From the NCBI GenBank assembly GCA_044223005.1, contig JBGAML010000020.1, positions 1 to 64,000 of the forward strand: a DNA stretch of 64,000 bases, read 5' to 3'. Positions 18,286 through 27,185 of the stretch are shown here, piece after piece (the first letter of the stretch is position 1; each line of letters begins with the position of its first letter). The notes beneath the pieces were generated by a model, which saw only the letters and a list, made by a program, of their open reading frames with translations, was not told where the DNA came from and did no database searches. This DNA is from Candidatus Eiseniibacteriota bacterium (GTDB taxonomy: Bacteria; Eisenbacteria; RBG-16-71-46). The translations under genes were made by a program, and so were the position numbers.

Positions 18286-19266
18286 TCAGCGATTGACCGA
18301 GCTCATGTCCGGGTAGCGGTCGCCCCTCGCGGCACCGGGCGGCAGGGCCGCGTCGAGTTGCGCGACCTCGGCGGCGGAGAGTGACAGGGCCGCAGCGCCC
18401 GCGTTCTGCTCCAGCCACTTGCGCTTCTTGGTGCCCGGGATCGGCACGATGTCCTCGCCCTTGGCCATCACCCAGGCCAGCGCGAGCTGCGCGGCGGTCA
18501 CGCCGCGGGTGGCGGCGAGCGCCTCGATACGCTCCACGAGCGCGAGATTGGCGTCGAAGTTCTCGCCCTGGAAGCGCGGGGCGCGAGGACGGAAATCGCC
18601 CGGAGCGAACGCCGTGGCCTGCTTCAGCGTGCCCGTCAGGAACCCGCGACCGAGCGGGCTGTACGGGACGAACCCGATCCCGAGCTCGCGGCACGTGGGC
18701 AGGATCTCGGCCTCGCATTCCCGCTGCCAGAGCGAGTACTCCGTCTGCAGCGCGGCGATCGGGTGCACGGCGTGCGCGCGCCGGATCGTCGCGGGCGCGG
18801 CCTCCGAAAGCCCGAGGTGGCGCACCTTCCCCGCCCGCACCAGCTCGGCCATGGCGCCGACGGTCTCCTCGATCGGCACGTTCTTGTCCACGCGATGCTG
18901 GTAGTAGAGATCGATGTGATCGACCCCGAGCCGCTGCAGCGAGGCGTCACACGCCGACCGCACGTACTCGGGCCGGCCGTTCACGCCGAGAAAGCCGCCT
19001 TCGGGCGAGCGCATGTTCCCGAACTTGGTCGCGAGCACGACCTGGTCGCGCTTGCCTGCGATGGCCCGGCCCACGAGTTCCTCGTTCTTGAAGGGGCCGT
19101 ACATGTCGGCGGTGTCCAGGAACACGATTCCCAGCTCGAGCGCGCGATGGATCGTCGCGATCGACTCGGCGTCGTCCCCGGGCCCGTAGAACTCGCTCAT
19201 TCCCATGCAACCGAGGCCCATGGCGGAGACCTCGAGGCCCGCCCGGCCCAGCTTTCGCGTCTGCAT
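18286..19266 (-). CDS. Aldo/keto reductase
   Basis: [32 protein letters not shown] and PIPGTK motifs. Confidence 0.95.
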   Translation of the reverse strand: MQTRKLGRAGLEVSAMGLGCMGMSEFYGPGDDAESIATIHRALELGIVFLDTADMYGPFKNEELVGRAIAGKRDQVVLATKFGNMRSPEGGFLGVNGRPEYVRSACDASLQRLGVDHIDLYYQHRVDKNVPIEETVGAMAELVRAGKVRHLGLSEAAPATIRRAHAVHPIAALQTEYSLWQRECEAEILPTCRELGIGFVPYSPLGRGFLTGTLKQATAFAPGDFRPRAPRFQGENFDANLALVERIEALAATRGVTAAQLALAWVMAKGEDIVPIPGTKKRKWLEQNAGAAALSLSAAEVAQLDAALPPGAARGDRYPDMSSVNR

Positions 19267-19317
19267 CACGGCACTCCTCCGTTCTCGTGGGGCAAAGCGT
19301 TCGATGCGGAGCGCCGG

Positions 19318-20670
19318 TCAGCGATCCAGCACGTCGCGCGCCGCGCGGTCGAGCCGCGCGAGGATCTCCGGCAGCCACTCGCGGTGCTCGGGCTTCATGA
19401 CGCACGCACGCAGGCACGTCACGTGGTCCGTGTCCCAGCCGGGGATCGCGCCCGTGGGTTCGACCATGCTGCGGGGGAAGGTCGCGAGGGCGAGGTGCAG
19501 GTCCAGCCGCGCCGCCGCCGCGAAGATCGCCCGCGCCCGTTCCGTAGCCTCCCCCGCACGCGGAGCACGCACCGCCCAGGTCACGATGTCGAGCTCCGGT
19601 GCGACGAGGGGTGCGAATCGCGCGTCGCGCGTGAGCGCCTCGTACAGCGCCCGCGCGGCGTCGCGTCCGGCCTCGAGCCCTTGGGCGAACTCGCCGCCCC
19701 GCTGGAGCGGCAGCAGCCGCTGCGTCGCCCAGAGGGCCACGGCGCTCGCGCCGGGCCGGGAACACTCGAGCGAGATCTCGCCCAGGTGCAGATCGGCCGA
19801 GCTGAAATACGTGTACGGCGAATCGTGGCGATAGAACCGTCCGACCGCCGGGTCGCGAAACAGGACGCACCCGCAACCGTAGGGCTGGAGCCCGTGCTTG
19901 TGCGGATCCACGACGATCGAATCCGCCTGCGGCACGGCGTCGAACGCCGCGCGGGCTTCGGCCTCGAGGTTCGACGCGAGCGTGAAATAGCCACCGTACG
20001 CCGCGTCGACGTGCACCCGGAACGGAAAGCGCTCCCGCAGGGCGAGGACCGCGGGCAACGGGTCGACCGCCCCGGCCGCGGTCGTGCCCAGCGTGACGAC
20101 GACGGTCCCCACGTCGCCCCGCGCCAGCAACTCCGCGAGCGCATCGGGACGCATGCGGCCACGGGCGTCGTGGGCGATCGAGTGGAACGGCACGTCGAGC
20201 ACCGCCGAGAGCCGCGCGTGCGTGTAGTGCGCCTGCGCCGATGCCGCGATCGCGCGCCCGGGTGCGAGTTCACGCGCGACCCAGAGCGCCTCGAAGTTGG
20301 CCATCGTCCCGCCGCCCGCGAGGTGCCCGAGCGGGGCGTCCCAGCCGAACATGCGGCCCAGTTCGGCGACCGCTTCCTTCTCCATCGCCGAACTGGCTCG
20401 TCCGCCGTCGAGCGCGTGGTTGTTCGGGTTCAGCTGCATTGCGAGCGAATAGGCCAGCCGCGCGACGCGATGCGGGGGCTTGAGCATCTGGCCCACGTAG
20501 AGCGGATGCGAGTACGGAAAGTTGTCGTGGAGCCGCCGCGCAGTCTCGAGCAGCACCTCGCGCAATGCAGGCGGGTCCGAGGCCGGCGAGACCGCCGGCA
20601 GGCGGCCGAAGCCCGATTGCAGTTCGCGCGCGAGTTCGGCCAGCAGCGGGGCGTCGTCGTGGGAGTCCAT
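19318..20670 (-). CDS. Group II PLP-dependent amino-acid decarboxylase
   Basis: GGTMANFEAL, GTTAAGAVDP, HVDAAYGG and the PLP-lysine motif DPHKHG. Confidence 0.9.
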   Translation of the reverse strand: MDSHDDAPLLAELARELQSGFGRLPAVSPASDPPALREVLLETARRLHDNFPYSHPLYVGQMLKPPHRVARLAYSLAMQLNPNNHALDGGRASSAMEKEAVAELGRMFGWDAPLGHLAGGGTMANFEALWVARELAPGRAIAASAQAHYTHARLSAVLDVPFHSIAHDARGRMRPDALAELLARGDVGTVVVTLGTTAAGAVDPLPAVLALRERFPFRVHVDAAYGGYFTLASNLEAEARAAFDAVPQADSIVVDPHKHGLQPYGCGCVLFRDPAVGRFYRHDSPYTYFSSADLHLGEISLECSRPGASAVALWATQRLLPLQRGGEFAQGLEAGRDAARALYEALTRDARFAPLVAPELDIVTWAVRAPRAGEATERARAIFAAAARLDLHLALATFPRSMVEPTGAIPGWDTDHVTCLRACVMKPEHREWLPEILARLDRAARDVLDR

Positions 20671-20742
20671 GGCGGAACGCTAAGCCAGATCCGCGGCGGA
20701 CGCGAGACGGCGGTGCGGGCGACGCGACCGGACGATCGGTCG

Positions 20743-23229
20743 TCAGCCCTCGATGCCGAGGCGCTTCATCTTGCCGACCAGCGTCGTGCGCGAGATGCGC
20801 AGCAGCTTGGCGGCATCGGTCTTGACGAACCGGGCCTGCTCCAGTGCGCGCAGGATGCGACGCTTCTCGCCCGCGTCCACCTCGGCCTGGTACGTGGTGA
20901 TCGACTCCGTGCTCTCGATCACCGGCAGGTCGCGTGGCGTGATCACGCCGTCGGGGCGGGCCGCCACCACGAGCTTCTGCACGACCGAGCGCAGTTCGCG
21001 CACGTTGCCCGGCCAGCCGTAGGCCAGCAGTCGCGAGCGCGCCGGCGCGCTCAGTCGCACCGTGCGCCCGAGTTCGTGCGAGAACCCGGCGAGGAAGTGA
21101 TCGAGCAGGAGCTCGACGTCGTCCCCACGCTCCCGGAGCGGCGGCAGTTCGTAGACGGCGTGGGCGAGGCGATAGTAGAGGTCGCTGCGGAAGCCGTGGC
21201 CGCCCTGCAGCGCGGAACGCTCGCGATTCGTCGCCGCGACGATCCGGGTGTCCACGGCCGTGTCGCGCGTGGCCCCGACGCGGCGCAGGACGCCGGTCTC
21301 GAGGAAGCGCAGGAGCTTCGACTGCAGGTCGGGCACCATCTCCCCGATCTCGTCGAGGAACACCGTGCCCTGGTGCGCCACTTCGAAGAGACCCGGCTTG
21401 TCGGCGACCGCGTTCGTGAAGGCGCCACGCATGAAGCCGAAGAACTCGCCCTCGAGCATGCTCTCGGCGACCGCACTGCAGTTGATCGCCATGAACTCGC
21501 CCGTGCGGCCCGAGAGCGAATGCACGCCGCGGGCGACGAGTTCCTTGCCCGTGCCGGACTCGCCGAGCACGAGGACGGGCAGGTCGCTGACCGCGATGCT
21601 CGCGATCTCCTCGAGCATGGAGAGCAGGTGGGGCCCACGGGTGAGCATCCCGAAGTTGTCGAATGCCCACTGGGACCGGCGCAGGAGATCCGCGCTCTGC
21701 CGCGGCCGGCGCGCGGGGCGCACCTTGCCGGTCGTCGGAGCGTAGGGCTCGTTCTCCACGGCCATGACCCGCTCGAGCGACTCGATGCGGGCACGCGCCT
21801 CGCCGAGCTTGTACTCGGAGCCGATCCGCTCGAAGTGATCGAACGCCGCCCGGTACGCCTCGAGCGCCGCCGAGAGATTCCGGTACGTCGCCGCCGAATC
21901 CGACGCGAGCCAGTCCCCATACGCGAGCCAGAGCTTGGCCCACTCGTAGGGGGTCTCGATTTCGTCGAAGTCGGCGAAGCCCTGGTCGAAAGCCTTGCGG
22001 GCCGCCTCGTTGGCCCCGAGGGCGGCGTGCGCAAGTCCGATCACCCGATGGCAGGCCGCCTCGTCGTAACGCTCGCGAATCTCGCGGCAGAGCGCGAGTG
22101 CGTCCTGCGCCTCGTCGAGTGCGCGCTTGGCGTCACCCGCCAGGAGGTGGCACTCCGCGATCCGGCGGCGCAGTTCCGCGACGACGTCCCCGCGCGGGAC
22201 CAGGGCCAGCGCCTGCGTGAGCGCCGCCGAGTAGCGCGGAAGCGCCGCGTCCGCGCGCCCGCGCTCGAGGTCGAGATCCGCGAGGTACTCCGCCGTGAGC
22301 AGGGACGCGCGCGAGTACTTGCTGGGGATATGCCACTCGGGATCCTCGCGAAGCGCCGCCTCGGCGTCCTTGAAGCGTCCCATGTGCGTGAGGATGACAG
22401 CGCGGATTAGCGACGCGTACCAGTGCTCATGATGGTGCTCGCTCTCCCGGGCCTGCTGGACAACGTGATCGGCAATATCCTGCGCCTCAGTCAAGCGCCC
22501 GCGCTTCCATTCAATTATCGAAATAAGTCTCTTGCAGAGCCTGAGGTGGTAGCCGTTCTCATTTGCCCCGAAGACCTGAGAAGCAGCTTCAGCGTTTTCA
22601 ATCGCGACGCGGTAGTGAGCACTTCGGAGCCCACTTTCGGCCACCGCGTAGAGCGCCATCCCTTCCAAGTGGGAAGTTCCGACACGGCGAGCCGAGACCA
22701 GAGCTTCGATTGCTGCGGCACCCGCCGCGAAGAAGTTTCCGCTCATGGAATATGCGGCGCGCAATTCCAAGGCGACCACGCAGCTTGCAACTGAGTCCGC
22801 GCCTAGCGCTAGGTCGCGGCGGAGCGCGTCCAGCTTGACTATGGCCAACTCATGCTGGTTGCGGCGCCACAGGCAACCGGCCTCATATGCGCGAAGAAGT
22901 GCGAGATCTTGGGCAGCATTGAGCAGGCCCAAATCAACAGTTCGCAGCACCTCCGCAACCTCTTCTGAGGCTTCAGCTACCAGCCCTTGGCAAAGGAGCG
23001 CACGAACAAGTTGAACGCTGATTGAAATCTTTAGGCTCGCAAGACTGGTCTCGGCGACGCTTCGAAGAGCGCCTCGGCACAGCTCAATAGCGCGAACAAA
23101 CTCACCATGCTCGACCAGTTCGGAAGCACATCGAGCAGCAGCCGCTGGGAACTCAGCGCTGGCCGCCGAAGCCCCAGCGGACTGCATGAGCTCGGTCAAT
23201 GCGGTCGCCTGCTCGATGAGGCGCTTCAT
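20743..23229 (-). CDS. Sigma54-interacting activator (bEBP) with long N-terminal TPR-like sensor and Fis-type HTH
   Basis: GESGTGKE, INCSA, GAFTNA, FLDEIGE, DLYYRL and WPGNVREL motifs; C-terminal AAKLLRISRTTL. The ~500-aa helical N-terminus has no receiver Asp motif that I can see. Confidence 0.9.
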   Translation of the reverse strand: MKRLIEQATALTELMQSAGASAASAEFPAAAARCASELVEHGEFVRAIELCRGALRSVAETSLASLKISISVQLVRALLCQGLVAEASEEVAEVLRTVDLGLLNAAQDLALLRAYEAGCLWRRNQHELAIVKLDALRRDLALGADSVASCVVALELRAAYSMSGNFFAAGAAAIEALVSARRVGTSHLEGMALYAVAESGLRSAHYRVAIENAEAASQVFGANENGYHLRLCKRLISIIEWKRGRLTEAQDIADHVVQQARESEHHHEHWYASLIRAVILTHMGRFKDAEAALREDPEWHIPSKYSRASLLTAEYLADLDLERGRADAALPRYSAALTQALALVPRGDVVAELRRRIAECHLLAGDAKRALDEAQDALALCREIRERYDEAACHRVIGLAHAALGANEAARKAFDQGFADFDEIETPYEWAKLWLAYGDWLASDSAATYRNLSAALEAYRAAFDHFERIGSEYKLGEARARIESLERVMAVENEPYAPTTGKVRPARRPRQSADLLRRSQWAFDNFGMLTRGPHLLSMLEEIASIAVSDLPVLVLGESGTGKELVARGVHSLSGRTGEFMAINCSAVAESMLEGEFFGFMRGAFTNAVADKPGLFEVAHQGTVFLDEIGEMVPDLQSKLLRFLETGVLRRVGATRDTAVDTRIVAATNRERSALQGGHGFRSDLYYRLAHAVYELPPLRERGDDVELLLDHFLAGFSHELGRTVRLSAPARSRLLAYGWPGNVRELRSVVQKLVVAARPDGVITPRDLPVIESTESITTYQAEVDAGEKRRILRALEQARFVKTDAAKLLRISRTTLVGKMKRLGIEG

Positions 23230-23576
23230 CGAAACGCCCCCAGTCGACTCGACTTCACATGAGCGAAGTCGCTCCGGGGCGACTTGAGGGCATCAACGGA
23301 GCTACCACAGCTAACTGAGGTGCCGAAGCCAGACAGTCGGAGTTGCATCGAGAAGAGCATGCGTAGCACAACCACGAAGTCAGGATCGATGAAGATGGCT
23401 ACGCCTCCACCGCCATCGACCGGATCCCCAGCATTGACTTCCTTCGGATCCGGCGCCTGATCCTCGTTCACTTGCCTCGGCCCATCAGCCCACGCTGGCG
23501 CGACGATGGGTACGCTCAAGCTGAGCATGAGCGCGACGATGAGTGCTTTCGCGATCGGGACGCGGAAGTGCCTCAT
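23226..23576 (-). CDS. Small secreted protein (116 aa), candidate signalling pro-peptide
   Basis: SD aggaagga, Sec signal MRHFRVPIAKALIVALMLSLSVPIVAPAWA. Its stop overlaps the bEBP start (ATGA). Confidence 0.7.
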   Translation of the reverse strand: MRHFRVPIAKALIVALMLSLSVPIVAPAWADGPRQVNEDQAPDPKEVNAGDPVDGGGGVAIFIDPDFVVVLRMLFSMQLRLSGFGTSVSCGSSVDALKSPRSDFAHVKSSRLGAFR

Positions 23577-23886
23577 GGCCTGGTTCCTTCCTGGCTCGCG
23601 CGATCGGGGTGCTCCCGCCGGGAGTCGGGGGCGAGAAGCCGCGCGAACAATGCGACCTCCACACGGCTGTGGGCCGCGGGAGGTCCGTCGCTCAAGAGGT
23701 CCATGGGTCGGCGCATGTGGGGTCACGCAAGCGAGAGCGGTTCCGAGCCATAGCCGTGCTGCCCGGTCGTGCAGACACTATTGGGACGACGATCTCTGGG
23801 TCAAGAAATAGTCATGATCTGAGCATGCAATAGGGCCATTTTCCTGTTTCATATGGCCAAACAGCGGCGGTCGCTACGTATTGCCG

Positions 23887-24708
23887 CTATCGCACCCGCG
23901 CGGCGGCGCAGAGCACCGTGATCACCCCGAATACGATTTCGCTGATGCCCAGTTGCCAGGGCTTCCAGCGGGGGCGCCAGGGCGTCAGGCCGTAGGCGGC
24001 ACGCGCGGCGAGCAGGACCATCGCCCAGACGACCGCCTGGGGCAGCACGCGCGCGTGCTCGAGCAGCAGGGCCGCGAGGATGGCAGCAGCGTGCGAGCCG
24101 TGAACAGGGGCCGACCGATAGGGCTGCCCCTTCTCCAGCCTCAGGCGTGCCCGCACGAAGAGAATCGTGGGCAGCGTTCGGGCGGCGAGCACCGCCCACA
24201 GCGCGAAGGCACGCGGCCCCGGCAGTCCCTCGGACAGCGCGATCGCCGTGGCCACGGCTCCGAGCGCGACCGCGCCCGCGAGTTCCGCGGCCAGGTCCCG
24301 AGAGCGCTTGCCGAGGTCGAACGCGACCGCCAGGGCCGCGAGCGGTGCGGCGGCAACGACGGCCCAGAGCAGCCGCCACTCGCCGAGGAGCAGTGCCGCC
24401 CCGAGCGAACCCGCGGCAGCCACGGCCAGCACCGCGAACGCGAGCCGGGCGGCGTGCGTCCGCGGGTAGATCTTGCCGCGCTGCTGGTCCGACACGAAGA
24501 GTTTGAGCGGCTGCCGCGCGAGGAACGCGAACACCGCAGCGAGCGCGACGGCGAACCCGGCCGGGCTGAACGCCACGAGCAGGCCGAGCAGGATCGGCTC
24601 ACCGAGGAACGACCAGCTCCCGTGTTCGTTGGGGAGCACGATCAGGCGCAGCGACACGCCGCCGGGCGACGGTGCCGGCGTGCGTGGTGCGTGGTCGTCG
24701 GATCGCAT
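23887..24708 (-). CDS. YwiC-like membrane protein
   Basis: LPNEHGSW N-terminal motif, multiple TM segments, C-terminal QLGISE. Confidence 0.75.
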   Translation of the reverse strand: MRSDDHAPRTPAPSPGGVSLRLIVLPNEHGSWSFLGEPILLGLLVAFSPAGFAVALAAVFAFLARQPLKLFVSDQQRGKIYPRTHAARLAFAVLAVAAAGSLGAALLLGEWRLLWAVVAAAPLAALAVAFDLGKRSRDLAAELAGAVALGAVATAIALSEGLPGPRAFALWAVLAARTLPTILFVRARLRLEKGQPYRSAPVHGSHAAAILAALLLEHARVLPQAVVWAMVLLAARAAYGLTPWRPRWKPWQLGISEIVFGVITVLCAAARVR

Positions 24709-24715
24709 CGGCCCC

Positions 24716-26560
24716 CTACTTGTGCAGCACGCCGGCCACGACGAGCAGCGCGATCACGACGCCCATCAGGCTTTCGCCCGCGATCAGGCCCGATGCGACC
24801 GGGACCACGTAGCGGCGGCCGTGCTCGGCGCTCGCGCGATGGACCAGGAGCGCGATCAATGCGCCGCCGAACATCGCGATCGCGTTGCTGCCGGGCACGA
24901 CCATCGCGATGCCGACGCCGGCCGGCGAGGGGACGTAGCCCCGCAGCGGTTTGGGCGCGAACCGTTCCAGCAGCACCAGCGCGATCCCGAGTGCGAGCCC
25001 GATCCCGATCGCGGTCTTCGCTGCCGGGTCCAGCGTGCCGATCCCGCCCGCGAACGCCTTGCTCACGCCGGCCCACACCAGGCACGAGGGCGCGGGCCAG
25101 GCATCGCTGCCGAGCACGCTCGGATCGGGGATCAGGATGTTGAACGCGGGCACGACCACCGCGGCACCTGCGATCACGCCGAAGAGCTGTGCGAAGAACT
25201 GCGCGCGCGGGCTTGCGCCGAGCAGCCAGCCCGTCTTGAGCGTGGTGAGCAGGTCGGCGGCGTGCAGCCCGATCCCTCCCGTGACGTTCGCGCTCATGAT
25301 GTTGCCGGAGAGATTGCCGGGCGTGATCACGCCGTAGAGCAGCTGCGTCACGGGGCCGAGTGCCTTGGTCGGCGTGACGTCGGTCTCGCCGGTCACGCGC
25401 GCGGCGATGAACCCCATCACGATCGCGAGGGGCACCGCGATGATTCCCGCCCACCACGGAATGTGGAAGAGCCAGGTCATCAGCACGATCACGACCGGTC
25501 CGAGGACGACGAACCCGGCCGGGAACCACCAGCCCGGGCACTCGACTTCGTCCATCGGATCGGCCTCGGCACCGGTCTTCCGGCCGCCGAACATCGACGC
25601 CATGCCGGAGAACGAACGTGCGACGCTCTTCCAATCGAGTGCGAACGAGGTGAGCCCCGAGGCGACGAGGATCGCGGCGCCGGGCCACACGGTCCAGCCG
25701 ACGATGGCCTTGTAGCTCACCGCCGCGACGAGGTGCTCCGACACGAGCGCGGGCGCGAGCACGCCGTACGTGAGCACGCCGCCGAGCAGCAGCGACCACG
25801 CGGTGCGAAAGCTCATCAGCGCGCCGGCGCCGAGCAGCACGACCTCCGACTTGATCGCGAGCGTCCAGTCGAGCGCCGGCCGGCCACCGAGCGTGAACGG
25901 CAGGCCGAACTGGCCCGGCACGTTGAAGGGCATCCATGCGGCCTTGGCGTCGCGCAGCCACGCGAGCAGGGCCGCGAACAGCGCGCCCAGCCCGAGCGCG
26001 CGCGCCTGCTTCGAACCCTCGGCGACCCCGGCATCACCCTCGCCGTGGATCGCGCGGAGCGTCTCGGCCGTGGCCTTGCCGGTCGGGAACGCCAGGCCTT
26101 CGGCGTTGATCAACTGGCGCTTGATCGGGATGGCCGTGAACACGCCGAGCGCGGCGATCGCGCCGAACCAGAAGATCATCGGAACGCCGGGTGGGCGGAA
26201 GGTGGTCACCATCAACAGGGCTCCGAACGCCGCCATGTTTCCGCCGCCGGTCATGAAGCCGGCGCCGGACGCCACGGTCGTGAGTGCGTTGTTCTCGAGC
26301 GCCCCCAGCGGGCGGCCCCCGATCCGCAGGGCCGAAAGCAGGCGAAACAGGGCGAACGCCAGGATCGCGGCCGTGATCGTCACGCCCATCGACCAGCCCG
26401 TCTTGAAGAAGACGTACAGGTTCGACAGGCACATCACGCTGCCGATCAGCATGCCGACCAGGATGGCCCGGATCGTCAGCTGCGGCTGCCGGGGCTGGTA
26501 CGTGTGCTCGAGCCAGCGGCGCTCGGCCGCGATCGTGTTCTGCAGGTTCGTGTCACCCAT
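24716..26560 (-). CDS. OPT/YSL family oligopeptide transporter
   Basis: LTIRAIL, NLYVFFKTGW, ENNALTTVAS, LAFPTG and SGLIAGES motifs. Confidence 0.9.
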   Translation of the reverse strand: MGDTNLQNTIAAERRWLEHTYQPRQPQLTIRAILVGMLIGSVMCLSNLYVFFKTGWSMGVTITAAILAFALFRLLSALRIGGRPLGALENNALTTVASGAGFMTGGGNMAAFGALLMVTTFRPPGVPMIFWFGAIAALGVFTAIPIKRQLINAEGLAFPTGKATAETLRAIHGEGDAGVAEGSKQARALGLGALFAALLAWLRDAKAAWMPFNVPGQFGLPFTLGGRPALDWTLAIKSEVVLLGAGALMSFRTAWSLLLGGVLTYGVLAPALVSEHLVAAVSYKAIVGWTVWPGAAILVASGLTSFALDWKSVARSFSGMASMFGGRKTGAEADPMDEVECPGWWFPAGFVVLGPVVIVLMTWLFHIPWWAGIIAVPLAIVMGFIAARVTGETDVTPTKALGPVTQLLYGVITPGNLSGNIMSANVTGGIGLHAADLLTTLKTGWLLGASPRAQFFAQLFGVIAGAAVVVPAFNILIPDPSVLGSDAWPAPSCLVWAGVSKAFAGGIGTLDPAAKTAIGIGLALGIALVLLERFAPKPLRGYVPSPAGVGIAMVVPGSNAIAMFGGALIALLVHRASAEHGRRYVVPVASGLIAGESLMGVVIALLVVAGVLHK

Positions 26561-26675
26561 GCGTTCCTCGTGGGGGTAGGCTGGCGCAAGAGACGGCCAT
26601 TGGGACTATACTCCGCCGTCGTTCCCGACTCACCGCTCCCGATTCACGCCGCCCCCAACGGATGAGGACCCTGCC

Positions 26676-27122
26676 ATGTTCCGCCGCCTGGTTCTTTCGC
26701 TCGCCACGCTCGGCCTGCTGCTCGCCGCCGGCGCCGCTTCTGCGGACAGCCCCGCGACCGCCCAGCGCTTCGGTGCACCGCTCAAGCTGAAGAAGTCGGT
26801 CGAGGTCGCGCGGCTCGCGCAGGCGCCCGAAAAGTTCAAGGGCCGCACCGTCCGGCTCGAAGGCACCGTGCAGGACGTCTGCCAGGGCAAGGGCTGCTGG
26901 GTGCAGGTGACCGACGGCAAGGGCGCGAGCTTCATGGCCCGCAGCCTGGACGAGTCGGTGCTCCTGCCCAAGGACTGCAAGGGCATGCACGTCGTCGTGG
27001 AAGGTCTCGTGACCACCATGCCCAAGGCGGCCATGGAAGAGCCCGAGCCCAAGGACCATGCCTGCCCGAAGCCGGAATACGTGGTCTCGACGCGGGGCGT
27101 GGAGCTTCACGCGGCCCGCTGA
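26676..27122 (+). CDS. DUF4920-like exported protein
   Basis: Signal peptide and VRLEGTVQDVCQGKGCW motif. Confidence 0.75.
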   Translation: MFRRLVLSLATLGLLLAAGAASADSPATAQRFGAPLKLKKSVEVARLAQAPEKFKGRTVRLEGTVQDVCQGKGCWVQVTDGKGASFMARSLDESVLLPKDCKGMHVVVEGLVTTMPKAAMEEPEPKDHACPKPEYVVSTRGVELHAAR

Positions 27123-27139
27123 GTCCGAGCCGAAACGCG

Positions 27140-27170
27140 ACGGGGCGCGCGGCCATGCCGCGCGCCCCGT
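27140..27170. terminator. Terminator hairpin between convergent genes
   Basis: acggggcgcgcggc-cat-gccgcgcgccccgt followed by tcgttc. Confidence 0.7.
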
Positions 27171-27185
27171 TCGTTCGTGCCGCGC

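Noticed and set aside
8468..18718. Apparent giant ORFs or fusions 8468..12220+ and 15425..18718- (also 1785..4712, 29904..31832, 35818..38283, 41612..45472)
   Set aside because: The N-terminal extensions overlap other real genes. The true starts are downstream, with SD sites or stop/start overlaps.
22380..23880. Low-GC patch as a mobile element or prophage remnant
   Set aside because: No transposase, integrase, terminal repeats or tRNA; the boundary lies inside an intact gene.
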